Positions 10,292 through 20,297 of a stretch of DNA of 64,000 nucleotides are shown here, in pieces (position 1 is the stretch's first letter; each line of letters starts with the position of its first letter). The position numbers and the translations under genes were made by a program. Origin of the DNA: an uncultured Candidatus Saccharibacteria bacterium (GTDB lineage: Bacteria > Patescibacteriota > Minisyncoccia > UBA6257 > 2-01-FULL-56-20). Where the stretch lies: NCBI GenBank assembly GCA_964387675.1, contig CAYLWL010000001.1, positions 74,819-138,818 on the forward strand, given 5' to 3'. The notes beneath the pieces were generated by a model. That model was not told where the DNA came from. It did no database searches and was given only the letters and a program-made list of their open reading frames with translations.

Positions 10292-11965
10292 CCATTCGAT
10301 TTGTCCGGTTATATTTTCAATCTCCTCGAAGCTTGTTTCTCCTCGCAGAACTTTGAGCACGCCGTCTTCCTGCATCGTCACCATACCTCTTCGTTCGGCG
10401 AGTTTTGTGAGCGAAACTTCCGACGGCTCTTTGAGGACCACCTCTTCGAAATCCGGCCCTCCTTCCAAAAATTCGAAAACGCCGATCCGACCTTTATAAC
10501 CGAAATCGTTGCACCGGTTACAACTGCCCGCTTCGTACACGGTGAACTTTTGATATTTGCTCTTGTCTACGCGCGGCGGAAGTTTTTCCAGGAATTTTTT
10601 TATTTTGGATTTTAGCTCTGGGGTTTGGTTTACTGTTTTTTTGCAGTCGGGGCATAACTTCCGCACTAATCTTTGGGCAATAATAAGATTCAGGGCCGGA
10701 CCGATGCTCACCGGCTTCACGCCCAAATTGATCAGCCGAGGGACAGCGCCGACGGCGTCGTTCGTGTGGAGCGTGGAAAGCACCAAGTGGCCGGTGAGGG
10801 CCGATTGCATGGCGATATCGGCCGTCTCCAAATCCCTCACCTCCCCCACTAAAATAACGTCGGGGTCCTGGCGCACGATGGCTCGGAGCCCCTTCGCGAA
10901 CGTATAGCCGGCTTCCGTGTCAACCTGGGTTTGCTCGATTCCCAGAAGCCGATACTCGATAGGGTCTTCAAGGGTGATGATTTTCACCTTCGGATCGTTC
11001 AGTTCTCCGAGAAAAGCGTAGAGGGTGGTGGTTTTTCCCGATCCGGTTGGACCGGTATTCAAAATCAATCCGTTCGGCTTTGAGAGCTCTTTCTCGACGA
11101 TCGCCATGTCGTCTTCTCGGATCCCCAAAACCGCGATGCCAATGCTTGCCACGTCGGGATCAAGAATCCTCATTACGATATTCTCGCCGAATTCCGAAGG
11201 AATAACCGAAACCCTGATTTCGATTTCTTTGTTCCCGAAGCCGATCGTAAATCTGCCGTCTTGCGCCTCATCTCGCACGTTAATCTTCATTCCCGCGAGC
11301 AGTTTGATTCGGGAAACAAGCGCGTCGTAATTCTTGGGCGGCAGTTCGTTGAAAACGTCGTGGAGCAGGCCATCGACCCTTAATCGGACTTTCGCCTTTT
11401 TTTCTTCCGCCTCGAAATGAATATCCGATGCCTTGAGGGCGAACGCGGACGCGAGCACTCTTTCTATCAGATCGACTGGCGTGGTTTTGAAAAAGTCCAA
11501 ACCCGCGACTTCCTGTTTTGCGGCGGCAAGATTCACGATTCTCTTGACGAGCTCCTCCAACCTTTTTTGGGCGATACTCACTTTTCCCGTGATGTCGCCG
11601 GTGGATTCTTTTATGAACTTGTACTGATGCCAAACCTCTTGCAGTCCGGAAAGCGACGCTATGAAAATCTTGATGTCGTATTTTTTATCATGTAAATCGT
11701 CGATGGCTTTTTTGGTTGCGGGGAGCCGCGGGTCGGCTACGGCGAGAGCGATCTTTTTCGCATTCACCTGGATGCTTGCCGCCAGGGCTTTTTTGGCGTC
11801 ATCTTCTTTCAAAAACTTCAGAGCGTCGCTCGAAACCGGCACTTTGGAAAAATCCGCATACGGAAGGCCGAGTTCGCGCGCCAAACGCTCGGCGGCGCGT
11901 TCTTCGCCCTCCCTTCGGAGCAGATCCAGCTTCTGGATGAGGTTTGTTTGTTTTGGAGGAACCAT
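10289..11965 (-). CDS. pilB: type IV pilus / T2SS assembly ATPase (PilB/GspE)
   Basis: ASDIHFE, QDGRF, TGPTGSGKTTTLY, EDPIEY, RQDPDVILVGEVRD, GHLVLSTLHTN, tetra-Cys. Confidence 0.93.
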   Translation of the reverse strand: MVPPKQTNLIQKLDLLRREGEERAAERLARELGLPYADFSKVPVSSDALKFLKEDDAKKALAASIQVNAKKIALAVADPRLPATKKAIDDLHDKKYDIKIFIASLSGLQEVWHQYKFIKESTGDITGKVSIAQKRLEELVKRIVNLAAAKQEVAGLDFFKTTPVDLIERVLASAFALKASDIHFEAEEKKAKVRLRVDGLLHDVFNELPPKNYDALVSRIKLLAGMKINVRDEAQDGRFTIGFGNKEIEIRVSVIPSEFGENIVMRILDPDVASIGIAVLGIREDDMAIVEKELSKPNGLILNTGPTGSGKTTTLYAFLGELNDPKVKIITLEDPIEYRLLGIEQTQVDTEAGYTFAKGLRAIVRQDPDVILVGEVRDLETADIAMQSALTGHLVLSTLHTNDAVGAVPRLINLGVKPVSIGPALNLIIAQRLVRKLCPDCKKTVNQTPELKSKIKKFLEKLPPRVDKSKYQKFTVYEAGSCNRCNDFGYKGRIGVFEFLEGGPDFEEVVLKEPSEVSLTKLAERRGMVTMQEDGVLKVLRGETSFEEIENITGQIEW

Positions 11966-12079
11966 CCCGTTAGAAGCAAGTCGCGATCTGCGATTTGTAA
12001 GGTTTATTTAGTTTATGGCAACGACGATGCATATTTGAAGATTCTATGATTTCCGGGCGCGATCGCGGCTTCTAACGGG
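11966..12079 (-). repeat. CCCGTTAGAA...TTCTAACGGG hairpin element, copy 1 (abuts pilB ATG)
   Basis: 12-bp terminal inverted repeat, 4-nt bulge and inner CGCGATC/GATCGCG stem; 114 bp. Confidence 0.9.
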
Positions 12080-12139
12080 ACTATGTGATTTGATTGTATT
12101 CCCGAAACCTCGATAATTCAAGCCATTTGCCGGAGAAAC

Positions 12140-12168
12140 TTGACGAAACGGTACTTGTGGTATATAAT
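12140..12168 (+). promoter_or_regulatory. sigma70 promoter
   Basis: TTGACG-17bp-TATAAT. Confidence 0.75.
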
Positions 12169-12207
12169 TTAGGCAGTACAATTCGATTTCTGGTCAGGAG
12201 AGTGTGT

Positions 12208-12882
12208 ATGCGTAGCATGATGATTGCAGTTCTCGCAGTTGTTCTCTTTCTCGTCGCGACGGACGCCGTTGCTCAAGCGAGCTTCTCGCAACGGGCGTGG
12301 CTCCACGGAACGAAGGTCGTGGTCTTCAATGCGACCTACGACTGCACTCCGCTCAGGCTCTTGCTCGATGACAAAACAATCGACAAGGTCCTGAAGTGCG
12401 GGGATCCCTGGAGCGCAAGCTTCGGCGGAGGGCTGCCGATCGTCTACACGAGCAACCAGCAGATTTCGCTCGTGATCACGGCCAAGGGTTGTGATACCAA
12501 TCCGACGCGGCTCGTCGTTGTGCCGCCGGACTGGGCAAGGGACGAGTCGTTTCTCGGGGCGCTGACCATGACCGACGAGTATCTGAACTCGCGGCCGTCG
12601 CGGCCGGAACTCAAGAAGCGCGTTGAGGAGATCAAGAAGTTCCTCGATCACCAACTCGGCGGAAAGCGGATGAAGGGCGAAATCAGCGACTGGTTCAAGG
12701 CCGCAAAAAAGATCGGCCTCGCCTTCACTGGACTCGACTGCAACGGCCCCGACATCGAAGGCGTGCGGGTCGACTTCAACGTCGACTCGTACAACGAGTC
12801 GCACCGAGCGATCGCGATCTACATCCGCGGCGACCGCGCTCGCGGCTACGTGATGGAGCCGCCGCGCTGGATCGCGTGGTAG
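12208..12882 (+). CDS. hypothetical secreted protein
   Basis: SD AGGAG, signal-peptide-like N-terminus ending AVAQA, GC-rich codon usage, own promoter and terminator. Confidence 0.8.
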   Translation: MRSMMIAVLAVVLFLVATDAVAQASFSQRAWLHGTKVVVFNATYDCTPLRLLLDDKTIDKVLKCGDPWSASFGGGLPIVYTSNQQISLVITAKGCDTNPTRLVVVPPDWARDESFLGALTMTDEYLNSRPSRPELKKRVEEIKKFLDHQLGGKRMKGEISDWFKAAKKIGLAFTGLDCNGPDIEGVRVDFNVDSYNESHRAIAIYIRGDRARGYVMEPPRWIAW

Positions 12883-12893
12883 ATGGTAAGTAA

Positions 12894-12924
12894 GGCCCCG
12901 ACTTCGGTCGGGGCCATTCTTTTT
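12894..12924 (+). terminator. intrinsic terminator
   Basis: GGCCCCGAC-TTCG-GTCGGGGCC followed by a T-rich tail. Confidence 0.85.
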
Positions 12925-12968
12925 ATAAAATACTAGATTCTAGATTCTAGATTCTATATTCTTAATAT

Positions 12969-13556
12969 ATGTCCGGGCACTCCCATTGGGCGGGAATCAA
13001 GCATAAAAAAGGCGTTGCGGACCAAAAACGCGGGGTGGCTTTTTCAAAACTCTTGGCGGCAATTTCTGCCACCGCAAAGTCCGAATCAAATCCGGACTTT
13101 AATCCGCGCCTCCGGACCGCCATCGAGAAAGCAAAGGAACAAAGCGTCCCTGCAGAAAACATCGAACGGGCCGTGAAGCGCGCCTCCGACTCGGCCGACG
13201 ACCTCGAAGAGCTGACTTTTGAATGCTACGGGCCGGGAGGAGTTGCAATCATCGTGGAAGCAATCAGCGACAGCAGAAACAGAACGGTGGCGGAGATTAA
13301 AAAGGTGTTGAGCGACTTTGGCGGAAAGTGGGCGGAGTCCGGAAGCGTCCGCTGGGCCTTCAATCGGGGCGCGGATGAACGCGGACGAGACGCGGACCCG
13401 CTTCGCCGAAACTTCAGCGAGGCGAGTCAACGCGGAACATGGAGGCCAAAGTTTACGCAAGAGATCGGCGAAGAGGAAAAAAACAAACTAAAAGAACTCA
13501 TCGGGGCGCTCGAAGAACACGACGACGTTCAAAAAGTTTATACCAATGCGAGATAA
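12969..13556 (+). CDS. yebC: YebC/PmpR family protein (shortened, with repeat-derived insert)
   Basis: MSGHSHWAGIKHKK, YGPGGVAIIVE, HDDVQKVYTN; lies upstream of ruvC. Confidence 0.93.
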   Translation: MSGHSHWAGIKHKKGVADQKRGVAFSKLLAAISATAKSESNPDFNPRLRTAIEKAKEQSVPAENIERAVKRASDSADDLEELTFECYGPGGVAIIVEAISDSRNRTVAEIKKVLSDFGGKWAESGSVRWAFNRGADERGRDADPLRRNFSEASQRGTWRPKFTQEIGEEEKNKLKELIGALEEHDDVQKVYTNAR

Positions 13557-13595
13557 GTCGTATTCTACTTTCTACATTCTACTTTCTACATTCTC

Positions 13596-14087
13596 ATGGT
13601 CATCCTAGGTATCGACCCCGGCACAAGAAGAATCGGATACGGGGTTATCAAAAAGTCATCCGCGGAACTCAAATTGCTTGACGCCGGACTGCTCGCCATA
13701 AAAAGCAAAGACGACTTCGGCGCGATGAAAGAAATGAAACAACAGATCGATGCGGTCATAAAAAAGTTCAAGCCGGAAGCGCTCTCTATCGAAAAGGTAT
13801 ATTTTGTGAAAAATCGGAAAACGGGCATAAAAGTCGCCGAGGCGCGGGGGATCATAATTTCTTGCGCCCTCACCCTGGGTCTGCGGGTAGAAGAATACGG
13901 CCCAAACGAGGTGAAAGCGGCTCTTACCGGCTATGGCTTTGCCGACAAGAAAGCCGTGCTTAAAATGGTGCGAATTATCCTCAAAGAACCGGGTCTCAAG
14001 GTTATCGACGACGCAAGCGACGCCCTGGCGCTCGCCATTGTTGCTGGGTATAAGTATGGGGTTGACAGCCGAGCAACTCACCTATAA
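13596..14087 (+). CDS. ruvC: Holliday junction resolvase RuvC
   Basis: ILGIDPG, EARG, VKAALTGYG.ADK, DDASDALALA. Confidence 0.97.
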   Translation: MVILGIDPGTRRIGYGVIKKSSAELKLLDAGLLAIKSKDDFGAMKEMKQQIDAVIKKFKPEALSIEKVYFVKNRKTGIKVAEARGIIISCALTLGLRVEEYGPNEVKAALTGYGFADKKAVLKMVRIILKEPGLKVIDDASDALALAIVAGYKYGVDSRATHL

Positions 14088-14156
14088 TCTTCTAAAAAAC
14101 GACTCAACGAGTCGACGTTGAAACAATGAAAAAGGTCGTTAAGATACGAGCAAACC

Positions 14157-14339
14157 ATGGTTGAGGAATTTCAAAAAATTGACCTGGGGTTGAAGGCGAT
14201 GAGCGACCCGCCTCGACTCGCCGTTTTCGGCGAGGCGGGCGACGACAGCGACGCCCTCGAAGAGGATGACGACGTGGACGAAGACCCGGACGATGAAGAC
14301 GATTCGGATTCTGGCGAAGAAGAAGCCGGCTTGGAATAA
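14157..14339 (+). CDS. small, highly acidic hypothetical protein
   Basis: 60-aa D/E-rich ORF between TTGACA/TATAAT boxes and a terminator. Confidence 0.6.
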   Translation: MVEEFQKIDLGLKAMSDPPRLAVFGEAGDDSDALEEDDDVDEDPDDEDDSDSGEEEAGLE

Positions 14340-14357
14340 TAGGGTCTGAAAAACAAA

Positions 14358-14398
14358 ACGGCTCTCGACGCACTTCCTTGTGTCGAGGGCCGTTTTTG
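14358..14398 (+). terminator. intrinsic terminator
   Basis: ACGGCTCTCGAC...GTCGAGGGCCGT followed by TTTT. Confidence 0.7.
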
Positions 14399-14405
14399 CA
14401 TAATA

Positions 14406-16850
14406 ATGAATGCGATGGAGGTGATAAAAAAGTTTTTGTTGTGGGTCGCGGCCGCCGTCGTTTTTGGCGGGCTATTTTCTTTTCTCTACGCCGTCTATCT
14501 TTCCCGCAATCTTCCGACAATCGACGAGATATCCGCGCGACAAGTGAGCCAGTCAACCAAGATATACGACCGGACCGGAACCGTCCTTTTGTACGAAATC
14601 AGCAAAGGGGAAACGAGAACCGTTGTCCCGCTCGCGGAAATTCCAAAATTTTTGCAGGACGCGACAATCGTAACCGAGGATGAGAAGTTTTACGAAGAAT
14701 CCGCGTTCGACGTCAAAGCGATCATACGAGCGCTCTTCGTAAACGCGCTCCATGGAAAAATACTCCAAGGGGGCTCGACGATAACCCAGCAACTGGCGAA
14801 AAACGCGTTTCTAACTTCCGAACAAACGATTACAAGAAAAGTAAAGGAGCTTCTCTTGGCCATCCGGCTCAACCGGCACTACTCCAAAGACCAAATTCTC
14901 GCGCTGTACCTCAACGAAATTCCCTACGGGCCGACGATTTACGGCGTGGAGGCGGCAAGCGAGTCCTACTTCAATAAATCGGTAAAAGATCTTACCCTGG
15001 CCGAATCCGCGCTTCTTGCCGCCTTGCCGAAAGCTCCGACCTATTATTCGCCCTGGGGCAGCCACGGCAAAGAACTGCTGGGCAGAAAAGATTTTATTCT
15101 GAAAAAGATGCTCTCTTTGGGAAAAATAAAAAAGTCGGAATTCGAAGAAGCAAGTAAGTTCAAGTTCAGTTTTGCTCCGCAGCGCCACGGGATAAAAGCT
15201 CCTCATTTCGTCATGGAAGTTCAGGAGTATCTCGCGCGGAAATACGGGGAAGAAAAAACGAGAACGGGCGGCCTAAGGGTTGTTTCTACGCTTGATTGGA
15301 ATCTGCAACAAGCCGCGGAGAAAGCGGTGGAGGACGGCGCAAAAAACAACGAAAAACTGTATAACGGCAAAAATGCCGCCCTTGTCGCCGAAGATCCGAA
15401 GACCGGCCAGATACTCGCGATGGTGGGGTCAAGAGATTATTTCGACGCCGAAAACGAGGGTACGTTCAATGTGGCAACCCAAGGACTGCGCCAACCGGGA
15501 TCAACGCTGAAGCCGTTTGTATATTACACGGCGTTTACCAAAGGATATTCTCCGGATACTGTTGTCTTTGATGTTCCGACTGAATTTGCCGCCAAAAACC
15601 CCGCTTGCCCCCCTTCCCTGGACTTCAAAAACTCCAATAACGAATGTTTCCACCCGGAAAACTTCGACGATAAGTTTCGCGGGCCGGTCGCCTTGCGCCA
15701 GGCGCTTGCCCAATCGATCAATATCCCCGCGGTGAAGATGCTGTACCTCGCCGGACTCAACGATTCGGTAAAAAATGCTTATACCTTTGGCATGGGCACC
15801 CTTACAAGCCCAAATCTCTACGGCCTGTCTCTTGTTTTAGGAGGGGGGGCCGTCAAATTGATTGATCTCGTAGGAGCTTATTCCGCGCTCGCGCAAAACG
15901 GAGTGAAACATCCCCAAGTAATCACCCTAGAAGTGAAAGACCACAGCGGCAGTACGCTTGAATCCTACGAAGACCGCGGCAACGTCGTCGCGGATTCTCA
16001 AGCGGCCAGATTGATCAATAATATTCTTTCCGACTCGAATTCGAGGAGTGGATTATTTCAAAACAGTTTATATCTCACAGTTTTCCCGGATCGGGATGTC
16101 GCGCTCAAAACCGGCACCAGCAACGACTATCGCGACGCATGGACCGTAGGATACACACCCTCTCTCGTAGTCGGCGTCTGGGCGGGGAATAACGACAATT
16201 CCCCGATGCAAAGACACGGATCGAGTATTTTAGCCGCCGTCCCGATTTGGAACGCTTTCTTTGCGGAAGCGATAAAAAATCTCCCCCTCGAAACGTTTAC
16301 CCGGCCCGATCCCGTCTATCCGCAAAAAAGCATATTGCGCGGGGACTATTCGAGCGGAAAGCAAATCCACTCGATACTCTATTATGTCGACAAAAAAGAC
16401 CCTCTCGGCCCGCAGCCGGCCGACCCCGGCCTTGATCCGCAATTCGAGAATTGGGAAACGGGAGTTGTCGATTGGGCAAAAAAGAATATTCCCGATTTCC
16501 AGGACTATAACAAACCGATAATGGAAACAGAAAACCAACTTCTCCAAAAATCAAACGGACCTCGGCCACAAGTAACAATACAAGCGCCAGCTCCGGGAAG
16601 TTTCATAGGAGAAGGCATAGACATATCCGCTCGCCTGGAATCCGGCGCCGGCTTAAAAAGAGCAATCATATATTGGAACGGCCGCGGTGTCCAAGAATTT
16701 TCTTTGAATCCGGCTTCTTTGTATGAGTTGCGGTGGTCATTCGCGCCGCCGGAACCGCAGGCGCAAAACCTTCTGGAAGTAGAAGCGTACGACGAAAAAA
16801 ACTTTTCGGGTAAATCCGGAGTTATTGTATATCACGAGAACACTCTCTAG
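14406..16850 (+). CDS. class A penicillin-binding protein (PBP1A family) with C-terminal Ig-like domain
   Basis: Transglycosylase EDEKF and GGSTITQQL; transpeptidase STLK, SIN, KTGT. Confidence 0.96.
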   Translation: MNAMEVIKKFLLWVAAAVVFGGLFSFLYAVYLSRNLPTIDEISARQVSQSTKIYDRTGTVLLYEISKGETRTVVPLAEIPKFLQDATIVTEDEKFYEESAFDVKAIIRALFVNALHGKILQGGSTITQQLAKNAFLTSEQTITRKVKELLLAIRLNRHYSKDQILALYLNEIPYGPTIYGVEAASESYFNKSVKDLTLAESALLAALPKAPTYYSPWGSHGKELLGRKDFILKKMLSLGKIKKSEFEEASKFKFSFAPQRHGIKAPHFVMEVQEYLARKYGEEKTRTGGLRVVSTLDWNLQQAAEKAVEDGAKNNEKLYNGKNAALVAEDPKTGQILAMVGSRDYFDAENEGTFNVATQGLRQPGSTLKPFVYYTAFTKGYSPDTVVFDVPTEFAAKNPACPPSLDFKNSNNECFHPENFDDKFRGPVALRQALAQSINIPAVKMLYLAGLNDSVKNAYTFGMGTLTSPNLYGLSLVLGGGAVKLIDLVGAYSALAQNGVKHPQVITLEVKDHSGSTLESYEDRGNVVADSQAARLINNILSDSNSRSGLFQNSLYLTVFPDRDVALKTGTSNDYRDAWTVGYTPSLVVGVWAGNNDNSPMQRHGSSILAAVPIWNAFFAEAIKNLPLETFTRPDPVYPQKSILRGDYSSGKQIHSILYYVDKKDPLGPQPADPGLDPQFENWETGVVDWAKKNIPDFQDYNKPIMETENQLLQKSNGPRPQVTIQAPAPGSFIGEGIDISARLESGAGLKRAIIYWNGRGVQEFSLNPASLYELRWSFAPPEPQAQNLLEVEAYDEKNFSGKSGVIVYHENTL

Positions 16851-17959
16851 GCGGCGGCTATCGGCTTCAAGACATACACATACGAACCGTCCCCTACGGA
16901 TTTTATTTCGGCCGGCTCACTATCGCCGTTTATTCCCAAAAAAACATCTTCGGAGTTCAAAACGCTTAAAACATCGCTCATATACCTCCAGTTGAAAATA
17001 ACTTCTCTCGATTTTCCTTCAATCTTGGCCGGTAAGAGATAATTATTTTCTCCGAGCGACTGGTCGGAAGAAACGAGTTCGAGAACTTTCTTATTACCCT
17101 CGATTTTCAGTTTAATTTCATTTGTTTTTCCGCTAAAAATACCCACCAGCTTCAGCGCGTTCATCAGTTCCGTTCTCGATGTGACAATTTTAATACTACA
17201 GTCCTTCGGTATAATGGCATGATAATCGGGAAAATTTCCTTCAACGAGTCGCGAAAGAAGCTCGAATTGTTCTGTTTTGAAGAGAATTTGGCTATCGTCG
17301 TGATATATTTTGAGAACTTGATCGTCTTTTAAAACCCTCGCGAGTTCTCTGGTTGTTTTTAACGGGATAAGGAGTTTGAATATTTGTTGATGATTTGTGG
17401 TAAATTGGTCATCACTTATTGTTTTTTCGGATAATCGAAAACTGTCCGTGCCGACGATTTTTATATTACTCAAAGAAAAATCGAAAAGAATATTATTAAG
17501 CTCCGGTCGTATCTCTGAAAATTGAGTTGAGATAAGAATTTGATTGAGGGCGTTTTTGAAAATATCCGATTTTATCTCAATGTAATCGCTTTGATTTCTT
17601 ATTTTTGGCGTCAAAGGAAATTCATCTGCCGGAACTCCTTGTATTTTTGCTTCATAATTATCGGTTTTTATTTCCAGTTGATTTCCGATTTTTTCTATAT
17701 TAAGCCGTTCGTTTTGAATACTATTGACTACATGAGAAAAAGTATTCACCGGAACAGTAAATTTTCCGTTTTCTATCACTTTTCCGCTGATAAAGTACGT
17801 GACGGCTATTTCTAAATCTGTTGAGGTTAGTTTTATTTTATTATCTTGTGTATTAATGAGAGTATTTTTTAAAATTGGCAAACTGGTATTTACTGAACTT
17901 ATTCTTTCAATTACAGAAATTCCTTCTTTGAGATTATTTTTGATTACTATAAACTTCAT
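16847..17959 (-). CDS. dnaN: DNA polymerase III beta clamp
   Basis: LPILKN, TDLE, GTDSFRL, EGNFPDY; lies downstream of dnaA. Confidence 0.97.
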   Translation of the reverse strand: MKFIVIKNNLKEGISVIERISSVNTSLPILKNTLINTQDNKIKLTSTDLEIAVTYFISGKVIENGKFTVPVNTFSHVVNSIQNERLNIEKIGNQLEIKTDNYEAKIQGVPADEFPLTPKIRNQSDYIEIKSDIFKNALNQILISTQFSEIRPELNNILFDFSLSNIKIVGTDSFRLSEKTISDDQFTTNHQQIFKLLIPLKTTRELARVLKDDQVLKIYHDDSQILFKTEQFELLSRLVEGNFPDYHAIIPKDCSIKIVTSRTELMNALKLVGIFSGKTNEIKLKIEGNKKVLELVSSDQSLGENNYLLPAKIEGKSREVIFNWRYMSDVLSVLNSEDVFLGINGDSEPAEIKSVGDGSYVYVLKPIAAA

Positions 17960-18078
17960 TTCTTATATAAATATTTATTGTTACTTTTATTGTTAGTGGT
18001 CTGTGTTTTTGTGTATAATTCTTATTCCATTAATGTTTACTGGGATATATTCAAAAAAATAGTTTTATATTCTGTGTA
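17960..18078. other. candidate oriC (dnaA-dnaN intergenic region)
   Basis: Very AT-rich; DnaA box TTATACACA on the minus strand at 18010-18018 plus degenerate boxes. Confidence 0.55.
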
Positions 18079-19434
18079 TTAGCTGTGGTAAATCGCTTCC
18101 TTAATCATTAATATCTTCTGATTAAGGTTTTGATTCTTATTGACTTCTTGATTGATTTTTTCGTAGGAGTGAATGGCGGTGGTGTGATCTCTCCCCATTT
18201 TTTCCCCAATATACGGATATGACAACTCGGAAATATCCCGCAATAAGTACATTGCTATCTGCCGCGGCTCCACAACCTCTTTCCTCCGGTTGTGACTCAC
18301 TAAATCTTCCAAAGAAATATTGAAGAAATCGGCCACTGCTTTGAGTATTTGGCTGTCACTCACATATCGAGAAGAAGATTGGAGGGTTTTATTAATGATC
18401 TCTTCCGCCGACTTTTCGTTAATATCGGTTTGTTTTCTGTCTTGAGTGAAGAGTATTTTCTTCAAAACACCCTCCAATTCACGGATATTTCTCTTTACTC
18501 TCTTCGCGATAAGGTCTATAACGGCGTCGTTGAGCTGTAAATTCGCCTCTTCCAGCTTGCTTTTTATGATTGCCACGCGCATTTCGTACTCGGGGTACCC
18601 AATATCTGCCGTAAGCCCCCCTTCGAATCGGGAACGGAGCCGTTCTTCGAGGGTGGGGATGGCTTGCGGCGGCCGGTCGGAGGAAATGATGATTTGTTTA
18701 TTCGCTTCGTATAAAGCATTGAACGTGTGGAAGAATTCTTGTTCTGTTTTTTCTTTTCCGCCGATGAATTGGATGTCGTCGATGATCAACACATCGATAT
18801 CTCGGTATTTCTTTTTCGTATCCTCCATCCTTTTATTTTTTATTCCCCACACGACGTCGCTGGTGAACTTTTCCGAAGAGACATACTTCGGTTTTATTTT
18901 ATTTCTGTACTTTAAGATTATTTCGTTGCCAATCGCCTGGATGAGGTGGGTTTTACCTAGGCCGACACCTCCGTAGATAAAGAAAGGGTTATACTTTTTT
19001 CCTATTTCCTGGACGATTGCCGAAGCGGCGGCGAAAGCCAGTTCGTTCGACGGCCCGACAATGAAGGATTTCAAAGTGTACCTTTGGTTCAGGTTCGTTT
19101 CCGGATCGACTTTGAAATCCAAATCGATTGAATTGTCTATTGTCGAAAGATCGTTGCTGATTGCTTTTGAGGGACTGAACACGCTTGTCGCGCTCGTTAC
19201 GGTAAACTCCAGTTTTTTCACCGAACTATCCATGTTTCTCAATATGCCAAGTATATTTTTGTGGTATTTGTTCTCCACCCATTCTTTCGCGAAGTTGTTC
19301 GGGAGGGAAATATAAAAAGTACCGCCCTTTTTATCGATTAATTTGCTGTTCTTGAGCCAGGTGGCGAAATTAGCCCTTGATAATTGCACCTCCATTTCTC
19401 CCAACGTTGATTGCCAAATTTGATCAAGTTCCAT
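18079..19434 (-). CDS. dnaA: chromosomal replication initiator DnaA
   Basis: YNPFFIYGGVGLGKTHL, DDIQF, RLRSRF, RDHTT. Real ATG is 19434 (MELDQIW). Confidence 0.98.
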   Translation of the reverse strand: MELDQIWQSTLGEMEVQLSRANFATWLKNSKLIDKKGGTFYISLPNNFAKEWVENKYHKNILGILRNMDSSVKKLEFTVTSATSVFSPSKAISNDLSTIDNSIDLDFKVDPETNLNQRYTLKSFIVGPSNELAFAAASAIVQEIGKKYNPFFIYGGVGLGKTHLIQAIGNEIILKYRNKIKPKYVSSEKFTSDVVWGIKNKRMEDTKKKYRDIDVLIIDDIQFIGGKEKTEQEFFHTFNALYEANKQIIISSDRPPQAIPTLEERLRSRFEGGLTADIGYPEYEMRVAIIKSKLEEANLQLNDAVIDLIAKRVKRNIRELEGVLKKILFTQDRKQTDINEKSAEEIINKTLQSSSRYVSDSQILKAVADFFNISLEDLVSHNRRKEVVEPRQIAMYLLRDISELSYPYIGEKMGRDHTTAIHSYEKINQEVNKNQNLNQKILMIKEAIYHS

Positions 19435-19552
19435 CCCGTTAGAAATAGGACGCGGACGCAACCGTCCACCCCAATTTTAGTTTTTTTACGTGAATTATTG
19501 CCATTTCGAAGTAAGACATCTGGTTTTTGGCGCGTCCGCGATTTCTAACGGG
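19435..19552 (-). repeat. CCCGTTAGAA...TTCTAACGGG hairpin element, copy 2 (abuts dnaA ATG)
   Basis: 12-bp terminal inverted repeat, 4-nt bulge and CGCGGACGCG/TGCGTCCGCG stem; 118 bp. Confidence 0.9.
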
Positions 19553-19719
19553 ATCAATTTTTATTTTATGAAAGCGATAGATTCATTCTATTTTTTATCT
19601 GGACGAAGTCAAAGAGCGAGAATCGGCAACTTTGGGGATTACCTGTTAATAACTTTTTCAACCGAGACAAACCGGGTCTCGTTTGTACCCATCAACAGTA
19701 CCATGTTAGTATAGATGAT

Positions 19720-19854
19720 ATGTCGGTTACCTATCAACCGAAGAAAAAGAAGAGAAAAAGGGCGCACGGCTTCCTCGCGAGGCAAAGAAGGTCGTCGGGA
19801 CGCAATGTGCTCAAAAGAAGGCGCGCCAAAGGACGACGCCGGCTTACTGTCTAA
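19720..19854 (+). CDS. rpmH: 50S ribosomal protein L34 (absent from the ORF track)
   Basis: Hand translation: [44 protein letters not shown]. Confidence 0.97.
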   Translation: MSVTYQPKKKKRKRAHGFLARQRRSSGRNVLKRRRAKGRRRLTV

Positions 19855-19928
19855 TTTGTGGCTTTTAGGTTATAGGTTTTAGGATATGAAAACTGACACC
19901 TCATAGCTGAAACCGAGCACCTCGTTTG

Positions 19929-20252
19929 ATGTTTCCCAGGAAATACAGACTTCCTATGCGCGAGAAGGTCGCCCTCCGAGAAACTTTCAGGACCCCGTAC
20001 TTTTTACTCAAAACGTCCTCCAGCGAAAGCGGACACAATAGATTCGGCATTATCGTTTCAAACGCGGCGGTAAAGAAATCCGTCCGCCGTCACCTTTGGA
20101 AAAGAAGGTTCGCCCATCATATCCGCCTATGGCCGAACATCAGGAAAGACATTTTGGTAATCGTTTCTCCGAACATAGAAAATGTATCCACGAAGGACTT
20201 AAAGAAAGAATTGGACAAGATGCTACAAAAGTTATTAATTACTAATTTCTAA
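19929..20252 (+). CDS. rnpA: ribonuclease P protein component
   Basis: RFGIIVS...KKSVRRHLWKRR (RNR-like motif); lies between rpmH and yidC. Confidence 0.9.
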   Translation: MFPRKYRLPMREKVALRETFRTPYFLLKTSSSESGHNRFGIIVSNAAVKKSVRRHLWKRRFAHHIRLWPNIRKDILVIVSPNIENVSTKDLKKELDKMLQKLLITNF

Positions 20253-20297
20253 ACAATACACAAACCCCAAACCCCGAATTTTAGAAATTTTAACACC

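Noticed and set aside
19435-19461. N-terminal extensions of DnaA (MRPRPISNG) and of ORF 62714 (MRRLRSASNG)
   Set aside because: Both derive from the hairpin element; the real starts are the ATGs that follow it.
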